Source: Octopus vulgaris
Lineage: Eukaryota
Assembly: GCA_951406725.2 (NCBI GenBank)
Contig: OX597820.1
Span: forward strand, 64,728,001-64,792,000
Reading direction: 5' to 3'
Length of the DNA: 64,000 nt
Shown here in pieces: positions 26,838-39,190 of this stretch. Made by a program: the position numbers and the translations under genes. Every line of letters starts with the position of its first letter. The stretch's first letter is position 1. The notes under the pieces are model-generated. The model was given only the letters and a program-made list of their open reading frames with translations, searched no databases and was not told the DNA's origin.

Positions 26838-26998
26838 TATCATAATTTGAAGACGGGAAGGATGACTTCCCTTTGCAAATACTGACAGGACACAGATAGT
26901 GTGTCTATGGCCAGCTGGAGGAGTGTGTCCTCCTGGGGCTAAAAACTACAGTAGCATCCACCCTTAGGGGTTAGCCATATTGACATGGCAAAAATACG

Positions 26999-27030
<32 letters not shown>

Positions 27031-28577
27031 CTCTTACCTATCAATCTATCAGTCTATTATCTATATTCAATATATATGTACATATAATATTTACAACACA
27101 TACACACACACTCACTCACACAAACACACATACATATGGATATCCTCAATCATAAATTTAGTGTTCGTAGTATTGAGCATTAAGTAACTAGAAATAAATG
27201 CGAATAAACATCAAACGTTTCTTTATACATGTTGAAAATCGAGAAATTGTGGACAAATATACAAATAGCATGGTGCATTCTATTTTATTTTGCTTTTAGT
27301 TTCCAAATACCATCAGAAAAAAAAACCTATTTCCTACTCTCTAGTTAGAACAATAATTCAATTGTGTTTAAACAGTACGGAGTTTATGAGTGGATATTAG
27401 AACTATCACAGAATACTGGCGTACAACATTACATAGTTTTGTTTTTTTTTGAAAACTTCAGGCAATGGAAAGGTGCAAATGTGTCTGAGAATACAGGTCA
27501 AAAATATAACATTGGAAATAACAAAACGAAAAGTAATATGGCATGGTAACAAAATATCAATAAAAGCGTAGTTATGTGCTTAATGTCGTTGCAGGGAAAT
27601 AGTTATGGGAAATGTACAAACATATATGTTCGTGTTTTAGGAAAACAGTTGCGAATAAAATGTGCAGTAGCAATTGTCGAGTAGATAATTTCGTTTTTAT
27701 AAGGTCATTGTTTACAATTGTATAATGTCCTAGCCTAAAGAGTGAAAAAAAAAATAGATAACGTACGAAATTTTAAACTGGTAGAATATATTCTATGGGC
27801 GAGCCTACGCTTTGTTAAAAACAGAAATAGAGCGAAAAGTAACAGCTGACTCATTTTCCATTCCGATAGAAACTACGAACGAGAGATAGGAAGAAAAGTG
27901 TGATTCTCTCTCTCTCAATCTTTCTTTCTCTCTCTCTCTCTCTCTCTCTGTTTATCTCTCTATCACTTTATGCACCCATCATACACTATCCATATATCCA
28001 TCAATGCACTCTTAATAAAATCTTACTGAACACACGTGACAAAATCTCAGTAACTAAACGACATCGCTATAATCACTCACACACACACATACTCATCGGC
28101 ACACGCGCATAATTAATACTAATTCATCTAGTGTAAAAGCATTGACTAGAAAAAACTCTGAAGTATTTATCCCCAGAACCTTGAGACAAATATAACCGAT
28201 ATTCTTTTTTACATAAATTATACCGTGAGTACACAGCGAGATAACTATAGATGTTGAGGGGATAAAAATTAAAATTGGCGTATAACTAATATTACTTTTT
28301 CTTCGCTGCACAATTACTTCTGGTTATATTCTTATTTTCAATATGTTAAGTTGCCTGATCTTCCCCAGACTTTCTGAACTTTAGTAAACAGTTATCTCCT
28401 TGTTTATGAAGCTTTCTAATATAGAGATCTTTTAGAAGTAACACTGTACTCCGCTTGCTTTTTTTTTTTATCTCCCATCTACTTTTTTTCAGTTACTGGA
28501 CTGCGAGTTTGCTAAAGCAATAACTTGAAGTGAGTTTTCGAATAATATCTACTGAATTACTTCTTTAAGTATTATAT

Positions 28578-28613
<36 letters not shown>

Positions 28614-28733
28614 AGTTGTTTGCATATAAAATTATCTTCCAGGCCCCTTTTAGCGACGACGGTTGTCATGCAGTATGGAAGGACGAGCTTAAAGACCTAC
28701 ACACTCGTACATACATACATTCAAGGATACATT

Positions 28734-28825
<92 letters not shown>

Positions 28826-28899
28826 CGTATGTATTCATGAATGTATGTATGTATGTACTATGTACGAATGTGTAGGTCTTTTAAGCTCGTCCTTCCTTC

Positions 28900-29157
28900 A
28901 AAATATCACCACGTGTGAATCGTTGGCGATTTTCTTCCTCCATCTTCCTTTCTTTTGGACTTTTTTCTGTTTTTGAAGAAGAGCGTTGCTCGAAACTTTA
29001 AACCATCAATCTTTCCTTCATTGAGCGTCCGCTAATACTTTACATACACTACGTCCTCGCGTTGTTGTGTTTTTTGTGCGCTTGTTCTCTTTTTTGGTTG
29101 GGGATTTACTATGTATATATATGTGTGTGTGTGTATATATATATATGTGTTTGTATA

Positions 29158-29225
<68 letters not shown>

Positions 29226-29290
29226 TATACATAGTAAATCCCCAACCAAAAAAGAGAACAAACACACAAAAAACACAACAACGCGAGGAT
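28900..29290 (+). mobile_element. Penelope-like terminal-repeat fragment with degenerate hammerhead and an inverted partial copy
   Basis: gttt-ttgaagaa-gagc gtt gctc-gaaa-cttt-aaac at 28969-29003; segment ~29055-29120 recurs inverted at ~29222-29290 across a (TA)n tract. Confidence 0.6.
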
Positions 29291-31001
29291 ATATATATAT
29301 ATATATATATATTTACCAGGGCTTCCAGACAGTTCTCGCCTACCAAATTCGCTAACAAGGCACGCTGCAATAACTGAACACTTTAGGTCAAGTTGCGGCA
29401 CATTGGGACTGAACCCGATACCATGATGCTGTGAAACGAGTTTCTTTAAATCCTCACTTGTCGTGTCATTGCTTCAACTAGTGTGTTATCCTAAATGTCT
29501 CACCCTTTCTTTAGACGCAACATTAGATATTTTTCTGTTAGATGTTGTTATATTTGTTTGGTTTTAAATCACTCTCGTTTCAAAATATACAATTGATATA
29601 TTCTGTAACTTACATATATACATTGTAATGTTTTATTTTTCCAAATGGGTGAGGTTAAATTTATACATTTATAATGTAACTAACTATATGATATTACCTC
29701 AGTCACAAGACGTTACACATTTAATAAGTTCTAACTGCGATGAACATTCAAAATAATGATTCTTTTAAAGCTCATCTTCGCACAGAAATATTTGCCAGAG
29801 CGGTTGACAATTTGGATCCAGGATATTACGCATCTACCATCGTTTACAAGAGAACGAAGTTTAAATCAACGTCAAAACTAATTTTAGGATTTATTCAGGA
29901 GAGAAATTGCAAAGCTAATGATGATTTTGTTGTCTTTGAGAATCATGGCTGAAAACGGTGAAACCGGATGAGTTGAGATAATTCTTATTAAAGAATGGAC
30001 TGCAAACAATTCCAATTTATGATATATGTAAGTATAGATTAACAGTATTTAGTAATAATTGCCGAAAGACTGGCAAGATGCCTCACGTTCGTTTGTGAAG
30101 AACCGTTAAACTCCAAGTTCAAATCCATGTCAATTTAGATATGTTGTTTACGGAATCGATTAAATGTGCTCGCTGTAGTCTTCAGTAAAATCTATCGACA
30201 ATACGCTTCTACAAATAAATCTAGTATAGCAGCTTTGCTATTGCATCTGAATCAGGAATCCTATTTAGCTTTATCAGAAATATTTTATTCTCTTAAACAT
30301 TTTTATACAAACTTCATGAATGCCAAACTTGTTTCTCTCTTATTCTGAATATTTTAAATACATAAATAAATTAGATATTTGCCGAAGACGTTTGTGAATT
30401 CGAGCTTTTAGACACCATGTAGAGTAGACACTTTGAAAATATATAAACAAAAGCAGAAAATGTAATTAAATATTGTTGAAAATTTTAAAATTGTGAAACG
30501 AATGAATGTAATGCTATAAAAGAAATTAGTAGACAATATTTGTTATGCATAATTTTGAAGATAACTGCAGAAAATTGTGATGTTCTCTTTACAGCTGCAA
30601 TCAAAATAAGTAGCAGTCGTCTGAAATATATTTATTAGATTTTACATAAACAAAACGAGTGTTTTCCTAGACTTGAAATCGTTAAGTTTAACATATAGTG
30701 ATTATCTTTTATAGCGACAATTATGTACGATGTCAAAGTCGATTTGATCATACATTAGTAACAATAAAGGAAATACGAATCAACGAGGAAATCGTTGATG
30801 ATGCATGTTTTATTTCAGTTACATGCACAAACGGATATCAGGGGCTCATAGTTTTATGCGGGTAACCCGCATAGAAAGCATAGTCCCGTCATCTACATTG
30901 CATTTCGTTAATATCCATGCATGGGATGCATTATTAAACCTTTTTACTTGAGTGAGAATGTGGTATTTTTTGTTTGGGAAATTCAGGCATCATAATCGAC
31001 A

Positions 31002-31049
<48 letters not shown>

Positions 31050-31902
31050 CGTGGGCTTCCACACAGTTCCCGCCTACCAAATTCGCTAACAAGGCACGCT
31101 GCAATAGCTGAATATTTTAGGTCAAGTGCGGCACAAGGGGTTGCAAATTTGGATGGTATTTGTAATTAATTATATCTATATTATGAGTAATAGAGGAACT
31201 GTTTATCTCATACACATAAATTCTATCTGAATGGAAGTAGGAGAAATTCCCCTAAAGAGGATATATTTGTTACAGTGACTGAAGTCTATAACTACACCAT
31301 ATCAGCTAGGTTAACCTGACTTTATCAAGAGCACTTGAATAAATATATCTATCAATATGTAATCGGCTCTATTGGACTTCTGCAGAGAGCATGTATTGAT
31401 TTACAAAGTAAATATTTACAGTGATACACAGAAATACGTTGAGAGTGTACATGATGATAATTTATATAAAAACAATGTACAGTTTTGTATGCAATAGATG
31501 ACATATTGTTCTTTGATATGTATTTACTTATATTTATTTTATTTTTTAATCAATGGACAGTGCCCCTTCTGGATGACCGCCTAAATGAGACAGATTATCA
31601 GCAGTAATAAGTCGATCGCATCAACATCAATACTTATTTCAATCTACTACATTGTTTATATATAGATTCTCATCTGCTTTTAATTATTTGAAATCTTCCT
31701 CTGAGGAAGGAGCTGGTTTCTAACAGAGATATAAAATTTCGTGGCTGGAATGTAGATAATGAAACAATATCATATTTTACACTTTAGAAAAGTCTTGCAT
31801 ATCCTTACTGTTCTCTTTACAGATTGTATTTGTAATGTATGAGTTAGTTGGTTGCCCTCTTTCTCTACAAACCCTAGCTTGTTCAGATCGTCATATTTGT
31901 AT

Positions 31903-31963
<61 letters not shown>

Positions 31964-32176
31964 ATAATAAGGGTTTTTTGCAACAAGTTGCTTACACCAC
32001 GTACCGAAAATATTAGAAATAGTAGCCAAAAAACTACAATTTCTTTTACTACAAAAATAAGTCTCCACAGACAACAATATTTGTAACTCACATATGGCAA
32101 AACAAAGAAGAAAAACAGTGAAATCACACAGTCCTCGGATTAATTATGGACGTACGTTTCTGGAACATATATATAC

Positions 32177-32294
<118 letters not shown>

Positions 32295-32479
32295 GTACAT
32301 ACATACATATACATATATATCTATATATACATTTCTCATCTTTAAAGCTATAGTCATGCTGAGGCACCGCCGTTGGCTGTGCTATACCATCATTTGAAAC
32401 TTCCTCCTCTATGTGGCATTTGGCGAATCATTGAGTTTGATGATGATGATGCTGCTGCTGCTGCTGCTGCTGCTCCTCC

Positions 32480-32790
32480 TCACATCTGCTTTTCCTGCCG
32501 TGAGATAGGTTCAACTAAAATCCTTGACAATAGGAGATCTAGTTTTGATTTGAAATCGCCAATATCTACATCATACAGATCTCTTAGGCATTTTGGATGA
32601 TACTGACAACCTATGGGCGTTTGAAACAAGAGCTGTTTCAGTATCTTGTCCTATATTTGGTTGTCAATACTGGGATCTGCGGTACTATGAAGAAGCTCTC
32701 TTTTCAGATATTTGTATATCTTTAAATGCCAAAGTTTGGTACAAGACTTTCCAGAATTTTCCAGATGTAGATCACCCGAATTTCCCTGCC
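32480..32790 (-). mobile_element. CR1-like LINE ORF2 C-terminal remnant
   Basis: Minus strand reads WKILESLVPNFGI*RYTN...VPQIPVLTTKYRTRY*NS, then CLRDLYDVDIGDFKSKLDLLLSRILVEP after a frameshift. Confidence 0.7.
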
Positions 32791-33654
32791 TCAAACTGCA
32801 TGTCATTGTCTTGAGCCCACCTGGCCCATCTGCATATTGCGTCCAACATCCGTTGCAGAGCGCAATATTTTCAAGGTTTTGTCTGAGAGAGATTTGTGTT
32901 ATCTGCACGGCTAGCAAGTGTGGCTCGCTGAGCAGCTGAGGGTATATCTGAGAGGACAATATATATATATATATATTAAGAAGTTAATAGTTAAATTAAG
33001 TCATAGAGTGGCCATCGGTTTTGGACCTATAAAGCGCTTAGTAAAGACGACGCGTCAGACTCAAATGGCAGAAGGCACACAACTTCTCTAGAACACTCTA
33101 GATATACGCAATGGTTAGTTGGTTTTGTAAGTAAAACAATAACTGTTCGTACTGCTCGATAGATTCAGCGGGATGGCATTATTTCCCTTATATCGTTTCC
33201 GGAAACGGTAATATTCGAAGAAGCTGTTGTGGGACTATTCAACGACTAGGGAATTCCAAGTCTGCTTTAGATGATGACATTGACTTAATGCCTCTTTATT
33301 TGATTTTAAAAATTACCCCGGCTCTATCGAGTATTTTAGGACGGTTGCCCTCTCAGACCAGCAAAGCTTACTTCGTTTCTTGGGTACCGGAAAGGCTAGC
33401 CTTGTATGGTGCTTAAAAGAGAAAAGGGCCTCACAGAGAAGTAAATGGAAACACCTTGAACAACCACTGGCTAATATGAACAAGACGAAACGCTGCAACC
33501 TTTGCTAAACTGAGAGGGAATGAATATAAAGAAAAACGTGATAAATCCGAGGATCTTTTTAAACTTCATGCTAGAGGTATTCAGTCTATGACCTGCTCTA
33601 AAATCTTTCCCACTTCATACTTAAAATTCCTCATTCGTCATATTATCCCATCAC

Positions 33655-33892
33655 AAACACATTGTTGTTCATGGAAGACCGGCTGTCACCCATGCCTACC
33701 AGTATACCCTCTCAACGCTATCAATGTTATCCAAGAAAAACGCAAAGACTGATACAGCTTGGCACCAGAGACATCGCAACGCATTTCTACCGCTCACTGA
33801 ACTGCAGCAAAGTCAAATAAGTATCTTGGTCAAGAATACAACACGAAGCTCGGCTCGTGAATCGAACCCACTACCTCACGATTTTGAGCTCG
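33655..33892 (-). mobile_element. SINE family C copy
   Basis: Reverse complement aligns to 5290-5520. Confidence 0.7.
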
Positions 33893-33959
33893 ACGACTGT
33901 AAGCCAGACGATCGATCCTTCTCAGAGGATATGGTAGACAGAAACTTAAAGAAGGGTGT

Positions 33960-34041
<82 letters not shown>

Positions 34042-34221
34042 TATAAGCCGAACTAGGTAATTTCAAATATGTTTGCCACATGTTACAACAGCTAAAATGC
34101 AAATACACTTCAATTATATATATATAATTGATGATATCAAAGTGTAATCTGAAATATTAGAAATTCCCATTACCAGTGGCCTAGCACGTAAAAAATTTAG
34201 TCAATAGACTATATATTATTC

Positions 34222-34446
34222 ATATAAATACAGTGCACATTTAAACAAAAACGAGGTATCCATCATACGACTACCTGAACGCTAGAGAGGACAGTTAAGT
34301 TCCAAACTACTATTAGGGATAACATTTCGAATGGAATGAAAAATAAAAACAGTTTTATCCCTGATAGTGGTTTGGAATTTAACTGTCCCCTATACCGTGC
34401 ATGTAGTCCTATGATGGATATCTCTTTTGCATTTGAATGTACACTG

Positions 34447-34454
<8 letters not shown>
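34222..34454. repeat. Imperfect long inverted repeat (~100-bp arms, ~32-nt loop)
   Basis: 34222-34322 pairs with 34355-34454 at roughly 80% by manual alignment. Confidence 0.85.
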
Positions 34455-34496
<42 letters not shown>

Positions 34497-34886
34497 TATA
34501 CACACACACACACACACTACATATACAAGCACACACATATATACATACATCTTTCTCTTTGGCGTAGTTATACTACTAACCTCGTGTTAGAACTCAAGAC
34601 ACATATGCTTCAGGCAGGAGCGTTAGTCAAGTACAGAGAATTATAATTGAATGACAGGTGAAGAAAACGTTATGGACTTCATTATTTTACTGGTGCAATG
34701 CACTCAATGTTGAGTTCCTCTGTACCACCCTATAGCTTAGCTGGAACTTCACAGGTACTCACCCTCGACTGCATTGCATTTTATAGCAGAGACACGTGTA
34801 AGCAACTGAAGTTCATTACATAATTTCTTGATCTTTTGTCATTTATGAAACTTTATATATAAACGTGTTTACGTGCTTGAGTGTTT

Positions 34887-34949
<63 letters not shown>

Positions 34950-35524
34950 CTTTGTAAGCAAACAGTTCACCAAATGAAAGTTCGATAGAATATGTACCAA
35001 GATTAAAATAAAACAATAAAGGGGTCGATTCGCTCGAGAAAAATTCGTAAAGGCCATACTCCAGCATGTTTGTAGTGTAATGACAGAAACAAGTGGGGAA
35101 TACATGCACGCCTACACACATGCATACATACATACATGCATTCATACATACCTGTTTTTTTTTTATATATCTATTGTGCTGGTTTTCTTCTCAGTATGCG
35201 TACACGTTATTGATAACGTTCAAAGAGACCGAAATGCATCTAACGTTCTCATTCACTACTTTGAGAGGTGTCTCGTTTTCTAATTTGTACTCATTGTATT
35301 TTTTTTTTTTTAAATGCAACGTGGCCATAGGAGATGTTATCTGCCGACAAACAACGCTGTGAAATGTCTTCATCATGATATATTTATATACATTTTGATA
35401 CATGAATTAGTATTTTAATCTAACAAGACATCTATTACACATAACGCCGATCCTCTGTCAGCTGGTGGCTATTTGCAACGCCACTTATTGCTTTTCACTG
35501 TTGATATATAAATATACATACATA

Positions 35525-35589
<65 letters not shown>

Positions 35590-35927
35590 TGAGCGATTTG
35601 TGTAAGGATGCAGGCTGTGAAGACACCTTATTGATAACAAACAATAAGGCAGAAATTCAGCTAATGTTCTCATTCACCGCTGCTGGGAGGTGTTATCATT
35701 TCTGAGTGAAAACTGACTCTCTCAGTATATATTGACATTAATTACGACATCAGATTGTTATATCGCTATTTTAATCTAATAATGTTTCTCTTCCACACAT
35801 CAAATATATCAATTATAAATGTGTGTGTTTGTGTGTATACATATATATCTACATACACACACACACACACATATATATATATATGGATTGACACCTGTAC
35901 ATTTTATTTTATAGTTATATATACAGT

Positions 35928-35968
<41 letters not shown>

Positions 35969-36280
35969 AGAGAGAGAGAGAGAGAGAGAGTGAGAGAGAA
36001 ATATAGATAGATGTATATACGTGTGTATTTTGTGTGTCTGCATACATATAGTTTTAAGCATGCACATTTAGATACATACATACATATATATACATATGCG
36101 CATTTTCATGTTTATATATATATAAAAAAGTAATGATACTCACTCCCACATATACACGCACTCATACATACGCATAAGCCCACACTCATGCCCACCCCCA
36201 CTCAATCTCGTACACGTATATACATTATGATTTTTTTACATATGAAATAACAATTAAGTAAAATCTACGCTGGATTCTAG

Positions 36281-36700
36281 TATTTTAAGGTATATATTTC
36301 TAAGGTATATATTTTTAAGCTATATATATTTAAGGTATATACATTTAAGGTGTATATATTTAAGGTGAAATTATTTAATATATATATTTTTAAGGTATAA
36401 TTATTTAAGGTATATATTTGTAAGGTATACATTTTTAAGGTATATATTTTTAAGGTATACATTTTTAGGTATATATTTTTAAGGCATGTATTTTTAAGGT
36501 GTACATTTTTCATGTATACAATGTTAAGGTAAATACTTTTAAGGTAAATGCTTTTAAGGTACATATTTTTAAAGCATACGTTTTTAAGGTATGAGTTTTT
36601 AAGGTGTATATTTTAGGGTACACTTTTTTTAAGGTATATATTTTTAAGGTATATATTTTTAAACTCTACATTAAGTTATATATTTTCAGGTATATATATT
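36281..36700. repeat. Minisatellite, ~16-bp unit (taaggtatatattttt), ~25 degenerate copies
   Basis: Visible tandem periodicity. Confidence 0.9.
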
Positions 36701-37634
36701 TATATATATATACACACACGATGGGCTTCTTTTACCTTCCGTCTGCCAAATTCACTCACAAAGCTTTGATTGGCTCGAGGACGTAGTAGAAGACACTTGC
36801 CCAATGTGTTACGCAGCGGGACTAAACCTGGAACCATATGGTTGGGAAGCAAGCTTCTTACCACACCGTCATGCCTGCGCCTGTACTTTGTTTTTCTGCA
36901 AATACTCCTAACTGTCATTTTGTTGCTAAAAGCTGAAGCGATCAACTTGGAAATATAAATTGAAAATCCTATCTTCAATGTAGTGTGTTCAAATTAATTG
37001 CTATTATAAAATATAGATATATATTGTAGACAAGTTGTAATTCTCTATAATATGTCTACTTTCATATTTTACCAATTTGTTTATAGTAAGTAATTGTCTC
37101 TATGAAACATGTATTCGAAATCTCATTCTCACATTTAAACAAACCTAAATTATTGTAGCTGTTTCAAATGTCGTTCACTTGCTTCTATGGCTAAGCAAGT
37201 TCTGTTTTGGAAGTTCAGGTGAAAGTGAATTAGAAGATGATAGATGTAGTACTCAACCAAATTAATCATGTTCTATGATTGATTTCTTCAAGGATATTCA
37301 CAGCATTACTGACTGGCATAACCAATTCTTAAGGCGGACCAAGTGTTGCACTTCATTATATTTTATGTACGAATATTTAATTAAACTTCCACTTGTATGT
37401 TCATATAGTTAACAGAAATATATACATTTCCTGGTAAAAGACTAATAAACAATATAAATGGAATAAATAATAGTTTGTTAGCCAAACCAGTTAGTAGAAA
37501 ATATATATTGTATTGTGTTGGTTGGTTGGGCGGCTGGCTGGTTATATCTCATTAAAGTGGAGATCTATTCTGCTGTATTCCACCTTCATTCTCTATTTCG
37601 TTGCTAAAATAAATATAACTACTTTTAAATGCTT

Positions 37635-38060
37635 TATCTTTTATCTGTTGAAGTCATTTAACTGCGGCCATGCTGGGGTATCACCATGACGTATTTAGTC
37701 GAGCATATCGCCCCAAGAGCATATATTTCATAAGCTTAGTATTTGTTTTATCGGGTTCTTCGTGCCGAACTGTTAAGTTAGAGAAACTTAAACAAACCGA
37801 CGCCAGTTGTTTAGTGGTAGACAAACACACAGATGCATGCACGCACATGTACTCACACACGCATCCACACACAAAACACACACAAACATATTCGATGGGT
37901 TACTTTCAGTTTCAATGTCGTCCAGCAAAGCCACACACACAAAGTATTGTTCGACCCGGGGGCTCTACTGGACAACAGCTGCGCAAATGGCTGTACAGTG
38001 AGACCGAACACGGGACAATATGATTGGGAAACAAACTTCCTTCCTCACAGCCGAGCGTTT
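37635..38060 (-). mobile_element. SINE family B, older copy
   Basis: actgcggccatgctgg end and degenerate head. Further partial copies near 1-150, 8090-8425, 36715-36880, 52545-52700, 53420-53885 and 59470-59570. Confidence 0.7.
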
Positions 38061-38170
38061 TCCTGTAAATTTCACAACCTAAAAATACTTCCTGGTTTAT
38101 CGCAAAACTTAAATCTCAATTTACATATATAAAATGAATCGGCTTTTTTAGATAACCGTACAGCAACATG

Positions 38171-38475
38171 TGGCGGCACATGGCTTAGTGGTTAGGGCAG
38201 CGAATTCGCGGTTGAGGGATCGCGGGTTTGAATCTCAGACCGGGTGATGTGTGTGTTTATGAGCGAACACCTAAGCTTCACACGGCTCCGGCATAAGGTA
38301 ATGGTGAACTTCTGCTGACTCTTTCGCCACAACTTTTTCTCACTCTTTCCTCCTGCATCTTGCAGGTCACCTGCGACGGGCCGGCGTCCAGTCCAGGTGG
38401 AGAACCTATACGCCTAGGAAACCGGATAACTGGCCCTACGAGTCAGGCATGGCTTGAGAAGGAACAAGCAACAAA
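38171..38475 (+). mobile_element. SINE family D relative
   Basis: tggcttagtggttagggcagcgaattcgcgg...gtttgaatc head; near-TSD acagc(a/g)acatg. Confidence 0.8.
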
Positions 38476-38879
38476 ACAGCGACATGACCCTGTCTGAATG
38501 CCAAACTGATTTCAGTGTAGTCAGGTTTACTGATCTCAGAAATGATTTTTATCTAGTTTTTGAAGGAATTAAGAGTAAGTGGAAACTCATTACAGATAGA
38601 CCGAAGGACGGGAGTAATTTTCACGTACGTGTTTCAACCCGTTAGTTCATGACATTCTAAGGGATTCGCGGTCAACCGTGTCATGATTCCTATGTATCCA
38701 CATGTTGTTTTCGAAATTCCTCTTTAAGGGGATTACAGCCAGAAACATTTGGGTGATCTTATTTTCTTTAATGTTGGTGTAAATTGCTCGGCCACGAAGA
38801 ACATCGAAAAAAAAAAAATGCTACTATTCTCTATTTCGTATCTTACGGCATTCTTATTCAGCTTCAGCTTCATTTCTCT

Positions 38880-39190
38880 TTTGCTATTACCCCACAGATC
38901 TCTTTTCTACTATCTCTGACAGACGATTCATCGTCAACGTTCTTTTGCGACCTTTAATTTTAAACTGGCTTGGTAGTTGGCATATGGAAGCTCTACAATG
39001 TCTCGCGCGCCAACTTCCAATGCTATTATTATCTATATGTAAACTTCTTTTCTCAGCTCTTTCAAACAATTATCATGTTTCTTGTATTAGAGTAAGAACA
39101 TAATAGATTTACCTTTGGTGATACGTTCCAAATTGTAAGACACTTCGTTGTCTATATAGGCAACAATTTCGACACTTCTCTTCAGATGTC
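38880..39190 (-). mobile_element. Highly decayed RTE-like 3' fragment
   Basis: WRARHCR...KGRKRTLT loosely matches the RTE C-terminal W.GHC.R...GR pattern. Confidence 0.3.

Larger units (their letters stand above)
26129..27002. mobile_element. Hammerhead-ribozyme-bearing non-autonomous retroelement (retrozyme / Penelope pseudo-LTR type), inverted dimer of a 353-nt unit, in a (TA)n tract
   Basis: Arms 26175-26579 and 26598-27002 are reverse complements (one mismatch seen, 26331 vs 26846) around an 18-nt spacer. Internal direct repeats have a 353-nt period (26129 vs 26482; 26598 vs 26951). (TA)n flanks on both sides; one hammerhead per arm. Confidence 0.85.

Noticed and set aside
26292-26885. 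Twin 63-aa ORFs on opposite strands
   Set aside because: They are mirror images produced by the palindrome, begin at TTG, overlap the ribozyme and show no recognisable domain.
36281-36700. Regular short repeats superficially like a CRISPR array
   Set aside because: Head-to-tail minisatellite with no unique spacers, no cas genes, and a eukaryotic context.
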